Source: an uncultured Eubacteriales bacterium (GTDB taxonomy: Bacteria > Bacillota > Clostridia > Christensenellales > Aristaeellaceae). From it: DNA of 64,000 nucleotides. The position numbers and the translations under genes were made by a program. The notes beneath the pieces are model-generated. The model was not told where the DNA came from. It did not search any database and worked only from the letters and a program-made list of their open reading frames with translations. Below are positions 57,111-64,000 of the stretch, one piece after another; the first letter of the stretch is position 1, and each line of letters begins with the position of its first letter. Location: the NCBI GenBank assembly GCA_902764285.1, contig CACWVN010000022.1, positions 1,446-65,445 of the forward strand, written 5' to 3'.

Positions 57111-58199
57111 ATGATCATCACCCGTGCGCAACTGAACGGATTCCGCAGCTACGAGGCCTGTGAAATCGCGCCGTGCGAAGGCGTCAACGTGCTTTTGGGC
57201 GACAACGGCCAAGGCAAGACCAACGTGCTGGAGGCGCTGTACCTGTGCTGCACCGGCCGCTCCCACCGCACGCGGCAGGACCGCGACCTGATCCGCTGGG
57301 GCGCGGATTTCGCCCGCGTGGAGGTGGACGCCCGTCGCCGCGACGGCAGCCACCGGGTGGAGATCGTGCTGCCCGCGCTGGGCCGGCGCCGGCTGAAGAT
57401 CGCCGGGCAGGAGGTTTCCCGCTCCGGCGAGCTGATGGGCCACGTCACCGGCGTGCTGTTTTCCCCGGAGGACCTGCGCACCGTGAAGGACGGCCCGGCG
57501 GAGCGCCGCCGGTTCGTGGACATGGCGCTGTCCCAGATCAAGCCCGCCTATTACTACGCGCTGCAGCGCTACAACCGGGCGCTGAAGCAGCGGGGCGAGG
57601 CGCTGCGGGCCGCGGCGGCGTCGCCGTCGATGCTGGCCACGCTGGACGCCTGGGACGAGCAGCTGGCCGCCGCCGGCGCGGAACTGATGGCCCACCGCCG
57701 GGCGTACGTGGCGCAGCTTTCGAAGACCGCCGCCGAGACCCACCGGGACATCTCCGACGGGCGCGAGGCGCTGGAGATCCGATACCTGCCCTGCGTGTCC
57801 ATGGGCGACGACGCGCGGTCGATACTGGACGCGCTGTTCGCCGCCCGGGAGGACGACGTCCGCCGGGGCGTCACCTCCGCGGGCCCGCACCGCGACGACG
57901 TGCAGATCCTGGTGGAGGGCCGCGACGTGCGCGCCTTCGGCTCCCAGGGCCAGCAGCGCACCGCCGCGCTGGCCATGCGGCTGTCGGAGCTGGAGGTCAT
58001 GCGCGACGAGATCGGCGAATGGCCGATGCTGATGCTGGACGACGTGATGAGCGAGCTGGACCCCGGCCGCCGCAGGCAGCTGGTGGGCCGCCTGGCGGGC
58101 ATCCAGACCTTCATCACCTGCACCGACGAAGACGACCTGGCCGGCGCCGAACCGGGCCGGGCCTGGCGCGTGGAAAACGGCGCGCTGCGGGAACTGTAA
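57111..58199 (+). CDS. recF: DNA replication and repair protein RecF
   Basis: Walker A GDNGQGKTNVLEAL and the SQGQQRTAALAMRL signature. Confidence 0.85.
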   Translation: MIITRAQLNGFRSYEACEIAPCEGVNVLLGDNGQGKTNVLEALYLCCTGRSHRTRQDRDLIRWGADFARVEVDARRRDGSHRVEIVLPALGRRRLKIAGQEVSRSGELMGHVTGVLFSPEDLRTVKDGPAERRRFVDMALSQIKPAYYYALQRYNRALKQRGEALRAAAASPSMLATLDAWDEQLAAAGAELMAHRRAYVAQLSKTAAETHRDISDGREALEIRYLPCVSMGDDARSILDALFAAREDDVRRGVTSAGPHRDDVQILVEGRDVRAFGSQGQQRTAALAMRLSELEVMRDEIGEWPMLMLDDVMSELDPGRRRQLVGRLAGIQTFITCTDEDDLAGAEPGRAWRVENGALREL

Positions 58200-58226
58200 C
58201 GCAATCCAAGATACGGCGGGGCCGCC

Positions 58227-58622
58227 TCACTGCGAGGCGGCCCCGTTCAGCTTCAGCACCTGCCCCGCCCGGATCAGCTGCGGATTGGCGTTTACCAGCG
58301 TTTCCAGCTGGATGCCCAGCCTTTCGGCGATGCCCGGCAGCGTGTCGCCCGGCTTCACGGCGTAGGTTTCGCAGGCGGCGAGCGGCACCGACGCGGGCAC
58401 GCGCAGGAACAGCCGCCGGCCGGGGAAGATCCGGTCCGGGTCGGCGATGCCGTTGATGCGCGCGATCTCCGCCGCCGTGGTGCCGAACAGCGCCGCGATG
58501 CCCGACAGCGTGTCGCCGTAGGCGGTGGTCAGGCAGATCAGCTTGGTCGGCGGGGGAGCGGGTTCGGCGGCGGTGAAGCTGAATCCCGGCGGCAGCGGCG
58601 CCGGCGCGAGGGTTTCGTCCAT
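58227..58622 (-). CDS. protein with two LysM domains
   Basis: Two LysM repeats: YGDTLSGIAALFGTTAAEIARINGI and VKPGDTLPGIAERLGIQLETLVNANP. Confidence 0.7.
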   Translation of the reverse strand: MDETLAPAPLPPGFSFTAAEPAPPPTKLICLTTAYGDTLSGIAALFGTTAAEIARINGIADPDRIFPGRRLFLRVPASVPLAACETYAVKPGDTLPGIAERLGIQLETLVNANPQLIRAGQVLKLNGAASQ

Positions 58623-58787
58623 TTCGATCACGACCTTTCGGCCTATCCTATGCGGCGGGGCGCCCGGGCAGAATCGCCCGCAAATCTTAACCCAATCTGC
58701 CGGCCCCGGCGGCTTGACCGCCGCGGGCCGCGGTGCTATAATGGTTAACGTGTTAATCGTAAACATGTTAACGAAGGAGGGACCTCC

Positions 58788-59267
58788 ATGGAGACGGACG
58801 GACGGTCCGCGCAGATCCGGGACGCCATCGACGTGCTGATCCACACCATGCGGCTGCACCACCGGATCGTGGAGCGCCGCATCGACGGCCTGGGCGTGCA
58901 CCACAGCCAGCACCGGATGCTGATGAAGGTGGCCCGGCTGGGGAAGAGCGCTTCCCAGAAGGAGATCGCGGAAGCGCTGGACGTCAGCCCGGCCTGCGTG
59001 GCCCGCACGCTGAAGCACCTGAGCGCCGAGGGGCTGGTGGAAAAGATCGGCGGCGCGGACGCCCGCCGCAACGAGATCAGCATACTGCCCAAGGGGCAGG
59101 CGCTGGTGGACGATTCGCTGGCGCTGTTCCGGCGGATCGGCGCGGAGATGTTCGAGGGCGTCTCCGGCGACGAGCTGGCGGCGGTCACCGGCGTGCTGCG
59201 GCGCATCCAGGGCAACCTGGCCGCGATGGAGCAGGCGGACGAAACGCACGGGGGTGAGAAAGAATGA
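58788..59267 (+). CDS. MarR family transcriptional regulator
   Basis: Winged helix-turn-helix region (SQHRMLMKVARLGKSASQKEIAEALDVSPACVARTLKHLSAEGLV). A near-palindrome GTTAACGTGTTA...TAAACATGTTAAC lies upstream at 58744-58772. Confidence 0.8.
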   Translation: METDGRSAQIRDAIDVLIHTMRLHHRIVERRIDGLGVHHSQHRMLMKVARLGKSASQKEIAEALDVSPACVARTLKHLSAEGLVEKIGGADARRNEISILPKGQALVDDSLALFRRIGAEMFEGVSGDELAAVTGVLRRIQGNLAAMEQADETHGGEKE

Positions 59268-61000
59268 AGATGAAGTGGTCCAAATACGTCAAGCCCTACT
59301 GGAAGTATTTCGTGCTGGGCCCGCTGTGCATGATCGTGGAGGTCGTGGGCGAGATACTGATGCCCCGGCTGTATTCCCAGATTTTGAACGTGGGCGTGGA
59401 GACGCACGACGTGGGCTACATCGTGGTCACGTGCCTGCTGATGATCCTGACCGCCTTGCTGATGATGGGCGGCGGCGTGGGCGGCGCGTGGTTCGGCGCG
59501 AAGGCGTCGGTGAACTTCGCCAGCGACCTGCGGCAGGACCTGTACGCCAAGGTGCAGACGTTCTCCTTCGCCAACATCGACCAGTATTCCACCGGGTCGC
59601 TGGTCACGCGGCTGACCAACGACGTCACCCAGCTGCAGAACTTCGTGAACATGCTGCTGCGCATGTTCCTGCGCGCGCCCGGCATGCTGATCGGCGCGCT
59701 GATCATGGCCATCACCATGAACCCGGAGCTGGCGCGGGTGCTGGCGGTCACGATCCCGGTGCTGCTGCTGGTGCAGTTTTTGATCATCCGCACCGGCTTT
59801 CCCCGGTTCACGAAGATGCAGGAGAAGATCGACAAGCTGAATTCCAGCATCCAGGAGAGCCTGACCAACATCCGGCTGGTGAAATCCTTCGTGCGCGAGG
59901 ACTTCGAGGAAGAGAAGTTCCAGAAGGCCAACGGCGATCTGAAGGAAGCGGCGCTGCGGGCGCTGAGCGTGGTGATCTTCATGATGCCCGTCATGATGCT
60001 GCTGATGAACTTCACGTCCATGGCGGTGGTGTGGTTCGGCGGCAACCAGGTGATCGCCGGCAAGATGCCCGTGGGCGATTTTTCCGCGTTCCTGACCTAC
60101 ATCACGCAGATCCTGATGTCGCTGATGATGCTGTCGATGCTGTTCATGAACTCCTCCCGCGCGCTGGCCTCCGCCCGCCGCGTGAAGGAGGTCATGGAGC
60201 AGCCCGTCGACCTGAACGACGATGCCGCCGCCCATAAGGACGCCCGGGTCACCCGCGGCGAGATCGAGTTCAGGAACGTCTCCTTCCGATATTATAAAAA
60301 CAGCGAGAACCGGGTGCTGGACAGCGTCAGCCTGAAGATCGGCGCGGGCGAGACCGTGGGCATCATCGGCTCCACCGGCTGCGGCAAGACCACGCTGGTA
60401 TCGATGATCCCGCGGCTGTACGACGTGGACGAGGGCCAGGTGCTGGTGGACGGCATCGACGTGCGGGATTACAGCCTGTACCACCTGCGCGAGGGCGTGG
60501 GCATGGTGCTGCAGAAGAACGTGCTGTTCTCCGGCACCATCGCCGATAACCTGCGCTGGGGCGACGAGAACGCCACCGGGGCGCAGATGGCCGAGGCCGC
60601 CAGCAGCGCCCAGGCCGACGGCTTCATCCGCAGCTTCGACGGCGGGTATGATTCGATGCTGGAGCAGGGCGGCGTGAACGTTTCCGGCGGCCAGAAGCAG
60701 CGGCTGTGCATCGCCCGGGCGCTGCTGAAGCACCCGAAGATCCTGATCCTGGACGACAGCACCAGCGCCGTGGACACCGCCACCGAGGCGTCCATCCGCG
60801 AATCGTTCCGCACCGAATTGAAGGATTCCACGAAGATCATCATCGCCCAGCGCATCACTTCGGTGCAGGAGGCGGACAAGATCATCGTGATGGACGAGGG
60901 CGCCATCACCGGCGTCGGCACCCACGAGGAGCTGCTGGCCTCCAACGAGGCTTACCAGGAGATCTACCATTCCCAGGTGAGCGGCAAGGAGGTGGCGTAG
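59264..61000 (+). CDS. ABC transporter permease/ATP-binding protein (exporter half, subunit 1)
   Basis: Six-TM domain plus nucleotide-binding domain with GSTGCGKTT, LSGGQKQR and ILILDDSTS motifs. Confidence 0.85.
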   Translation: MKMKWSKYVKPYWKYFVLGPLCMIVEVVGEILMPRLYSQILNVGVETHDVGYIVVTCLLMILTALLMMGGGVGGAWFGAKASVNFASDLRQDLYAKVQTFSFANIDQYSTGSLVTRLTNDVTQLQNFVNMLLRMFLRAPGMLIGALIMAITMNPELARVLAVTIPVLLLVQFLIIRTGFPRFTKMQEKIDKLNSSIQESLTNIRLVKSFVREDFEEEKFQKANGDLKEAALRALSVVIFMMPVMMLLMNFTSMAVVWFGGNQVIAGKMPVGDFSAFLTYITQILMSLMMLSMLFMNSSRALASARRVKEVMEQPVDLNDDAAAHKDARVTRGEIEFRNVSFRYYKNSENRVLDSVSLKIGAGETVGIIGSTGCGKTTLVSMIPRLYDVDEGQVLVDGIDVRDYSLYHLREGVGMVLQKNVLFSGTIADNLRWGDENATGAQMAEAASSAQADGFIRSFDGGYDSMLEQGGVNVSGGQKQRLCIARALLKHPKILILDDSTSAVDTATEASIRESFRTELKDSTKIIIAQRITSVQEADKIIVMDEGAITGVGTHEELLASNEAYQEIYHSQVSGKEVA

Positions 61001-61002
61001 GC

Positions 61003-62853
61003 ATGGCGCGCAGGCTCGAAACGCTGCAAAAGCAGTACAACCGCGCGGTCGCCGCGTCCCACCGCGGGCCGATGGCCGCCACCAATAACTTTAAAGGCAA
61101 GCCGAAGCACAGCCGCGCCACCCTCGGCCGCATCTTTTCCTATGTCGGCGCGTTCAAAAAGCGGCTGGCGCTGGTGCTGCTGTGCATGCTGCTGACCACC
61201 GTGGCCAGCCTGGCGGGCGGCTACGTGCTGCGGCCGGTGATCAACCGCATCGCGGACGCCTCCGTGTCCGCCGGCGAGCGCGTGTCCTACCTGGCGATGA
61301 TGCTGGGCGTGCTGGCGGCGATCTACCTGACCGGCGTCGTGGGCAGCTGGCTGCAGAGCCGGCTGATGATCGGCGTGTCCCGCAGCGCCATCCAGAAGAT
61401 CCGCGACGACCTGTTCACGAAGATCGAGCGCCTGCCGCTGAGCTTCCACGACAACCAGTCCACCGGCGAACTGATGAGCCGCTTCACCAACGACGTGGAC
61501 AACATCGGCATGATGCTGGACCAGTCGCTGATGAGCATGGTCTCCGGCATCGTCAACCTGGTGGGCACGCTGGCGATGATGATCTACACCAACATCTGGC
61601 TGACGCTGATCACGCTGGTGTTCATCCCGCTGTTCATACTGGGCAGCCGGTTTATCATCGGCAAGAGCCGCCGGTATTACTCCGCGCAGCAGGCGGCGCT
61701 GGGCGCGGCCAACGGCTACATCGAAGAGACCGTCACCGGCCAGAAGGTGGTGAAGGTGTTCAACCACGAATCCGAGTGCGAGGAGGAATTCGGCCTGCTG
61801 AACGACGACCTGCGCGGCAAGCAGATGAAGGCGGCCTTCTTCGGCGGCATCATGGGCCCCATCATGGGCAACACCAGCCAGATCAGCTACGCGCTGACGG
61901 CGGGCATCGGCGGCGTGCTGTGCGCGCTGGGCCGGTTCGACGTGGGCGGCCTGGCCATCTTCGTCAACTATTCCCGCCAGTTCTCCCGGCCCATCAACGA
62001 GATCTCCCAGCAGGTGGCCACGATCTTCTCGGCGCTGGCCGGCGCGGAGCGCGTATTCAGCCTGATGGACCGCGATCCGGAGACCGCCGACGCGCCCGAC
62101 GTGCAACGGCCGGAGAAGCTGGAGGGCCACGTGATTCTGGACGACGTCTCCTTCGGCTACGTGCCGGGCAAGACGGTGCTGAAGCACATTTCGCTGTACG
62201 CCAAGCCGGGCCAGAAGATCGCCTTCGTGGGCTCCACCGGCGCGGGCAAGACCACGATCACCAACCTGCTGAACCGCTTCTACGACATCGATTCGGGGAA
62301 GATCACCATCGACGGCATCGACGTGAAGCAGCTGCCCCGGGATTTCCTGCGCCGGAACATCGCCATGGTGCTGCAGGACACCCATCTGTTCACCGGCACG
62401 ATCATGGAAAACATCCGCTACGGCCGGCTGGACGCCACCGACGAGGAGGTCGTCGCCGCGGCCAAGACCGCCAGCGCCGACAGCTTCATCCGCCGGCTGT
62501 CCGACGGCTACAACACCGTCATCGAGGGCGACGGCGCGAACCTGTCCCAGGGCCAGCGGCAGCTGCTCAATATCGCCCGGGCGGCGCTGTCGAAGGCGCC
62601 GATCCTGGTGCTGGACGAGGCCACGTCCTCCGTCGATACCCGCACCGAGCGCCACATCGAAAAGGGCATGGACCGGCTGATGCGCGACCGCACCACCTTC
62701 GTCATCGCCCACCGGCTGTCCACCGTGCGCAACGCCAACGCTATCATGGTGCTGGAGAACGGCGAGATCATCGAGCGCGGCGACCACGACGACCTGCTGG
62801 CCATGAAGGGCAGGTATTACGAGCTGTACACCGGCAAGAGCGAGTTGACCTGA
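61003..62853 (+). CDS. ABC transporter permease/ATP-binding protein (exporter half, subunit 2)
   Basis: TM domain plus GSTGAGKTT, LSQGQRQL and ILVLDEATS motifs. Confidence 0.85.
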   Translation: MARRLETLQKQYNRAVAASHRGPMAATNNFKGKPKHSRATLGRIFSYVGAFKKRLALVLLCMLLTTVASLAGGYVLRPVINRIADASVSAGERVSYLAMMLGVLAAIYLTGVVGSWLQSRLMIGVSRSAIQKIRDDLFTKIERLPLSFHDNQSTGELMSRFTNDVDNIGMMLDQSLMSMVSGIVNLVGTLAMMIYTNIWLTLITLVFIPLFILGSRFIIGKSRRYYSAQQAALGAANGYIEETVTGQKVVKVFNHESECEEEFGLLNDDLRGKQMKAAFFGGIMGPIMGNTSQISYALTAGIGGVLCALGRFDVGGLAIFVNYSRQFSRPINEISQQVATIFSALAGAERVFSLMDRDPETADAPDVQRPEKLEGHVILDDVSFGYVPGKTVLKHISLYAKPGQKIAFVGSTGAGKTTITNLLNRFYDIDSGKITIDGIDVKQLPRDFLRRNIAMVLQDTHLFTGTIMENIRYGRLDATDEEVVAAAKTASADSFIRRLSDGYNTVIEGDGANLSQGQRQLLNIARAALSKAPILVLDEATSSVDTRTERHIEKGMDRLMRDRTTFVIAHRLSTVRNANAIMVLENGEIIERGDHDDLLAMKGRYYELYTGKSELT

Positions 62854-62869
62854 TCCGGGGAGGGCTTTC

Positions 62870-63673
62870 ATGGATCTGCACGATTACCGGGACGTGGCGG
62901 AGAACTACGACGCCTATCTGGACGTGATGTACGCCGAGCGCGACAACTACGAGGGCTTCCGGGAATTCTATCTGGAGCTGGCGAAAAAGCACGGCGGCGC
63001 GGGCACCGTCGACATCGCCTGCGGCACCGGCGCCGTGATGCTGTACCTGGCGCGGGCCGGGCTGGACGCGGAGGGCACCGATCTTTCGGAAGCCATGTGC
63101 GATGTGGCCCGGCGCAAGGCCGCGGCCATGGGTCTGAGCCCGCGCATCTTCCCCGCGAACATGACGGATTTTCGCAGCGACCGGAAGTATTCGCTGGCGA
63201 TCATCGCCCGCAGCGGCTTCATGCACCTGCTGACGCCCGAAGACCAGCGAAAGGCGCTGCTGAACATCCGGGAATGCCTGACGGACGACGGCGTGCTGAC
63301 GCTGAACACCTTCGCGCCGTTCCCGCCCATCCAGGCCCAGCAGATGCGCACCCGCCCCGACGATTACACCTTCCGGCTGGAATACACCAACGTCGACGGC
63401 TTCCGCGAGCGGATCTACAACGCCATCACCTACGATCCGGCCACGCAGATCATGTCCGGGAACTGGAAATTTGAAACCCTGGGCGCGGACGGGCAGGTGG
63501 TCGCCGAGCGCATCCGGCCGCTGAAGATGCGCCAGACCTACCGGCAGGAGATGCTTTACCTGGCCGAGTTGTGCGGCTGGGAAGTGACGGACATCTTCGG
63601 CGATTACCACGGCAGCCGCGAGGACACCGGCCGGTACGTGTGGGTGATGAGAAAGAAGGACGGTCGTTTTTGA
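62870..63673 (+). CDS. class I SAM-dependent methyltransferase
   Basis: Contains SAM motif I, VDIACGTGAV. Confidence 0.75.
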   Translation: MDLHDYRDVAENYDAYLDVMYAERDNYEGFREFYLELAKKHGGAGTVDIACGTGAVMLYLARAGLDAEGTDLSEAMCDVARRKAAAMGLSPRIFPANMTDFRSDRKYSLAIIARSGFMHLLTPEDQRKALLNIRECLTDDGVLTLNTFAPFPPIQAQQMRTRPDDYTFRLEYTNVDGFRERIYNAITYDPATQIMSGNWKFETLGADGQVVAERIRPLKMRQTYRQEMLYLAELCGWEVTDIFGDYHGSREDTGRYVWVMRKKDGRF

Positions 63674-63687
63674 CGGGATAAGGATTG

Positions 63688-63721
63688 GGCCCATGCCTTT
63701 TGAGGCATGGGCCTTTTTTTG
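63688..63721. terminator. bidirectional terminator
   Basis: GGCCCATGCC-TTTTGA-GGCATGGGCC followed by a run of 8 T. Confidence 0.65.
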
Positions 63722-63810
63722 TCAGGACAGGTTCGTCATCGTGCTGCCGCAGCGGGGGCACAGCGTGCTGCCGCCGGCGCACGTGGTGCCGCAGTTGGAG
63801 CACTGGCTCA
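63721..63810 (-). CDS. possible small zinc-ribbon protein
   Basis: My own translation of the minus strand gives MSQCSNCGTTCAGGSTLCPRCGSTMTNLS-stop, with two CxxC pairs. It is not in the ORF track (under 60 aa) and the start is uncertain. Confidence 0.3.
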
Positions 63811-64000
63811 TCCGCGCGGGCCGCACGGGCGTCGCCGGGCCGCAGGCATAGCAGCCGCCGGTCGCGCCGGCAACGGTGCCGCTGCCCGCCTCGGGCACTT
63901 CCTCGAACGCGCAGGAGGACTGGGGGAACAGGGGCAGAGAGAAAAATTCATTACACCCGCCATGCTATCCCTAATCTGTACAAAAATGATCGTGGTCGTC

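Overview
This 64-kb window looks like a Gram-positive, Clostridia-like chromosome (AGGAGG ribosome-binding sites, a T-box leader, MobV and DUF4179 modules) with a strongly mosaic composition. By eye, positions 36.6-64 kb are a GC-rich core. It carries greA-lysS, a sugar transferase and epimerase, uppP, an AddA-like helicase-nuclease, serS with a T-box, prfC, typA, recF and a MarR-ABC exporter module. A ~17.8-kb integrative mobilizable element (18922-36693) sits in the 3' end of lysS, bounded by an 18-bp direct repeat. It encodes a tyrosine integrase, Xis, a MobV relaxase, a DUF3987 protein, two ECF sigma/anti-sigma pairs, a PadR module and a Phd/RelE toxin-antitoxin pair. At its distal end is a very AT-rich two-gene module: a 4-TM protein plus a ClpB-D2-like AAA+ ATPase. 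This module is my best candidate for a new or poorly described phage-defence system. Positions 1-18.9 kb are a decayed accessory island with truncated serine recombinases, a SirTM-macrodomain operon, an MmeI-family pseudogene and a LysR-linked esterase/flavodoxin cluster. The most unusual sequence-level signal is a family of four ~80-87-nt triple-hairpin elements inside two otherwise intact coding sequences. Their architecture is conserved and their stems show compensatory changes. prfC has an internal deletion with a frameshift next to an AT-rich patch. I saw no rRNA genes, tRNA genes or CRISPR arrays.
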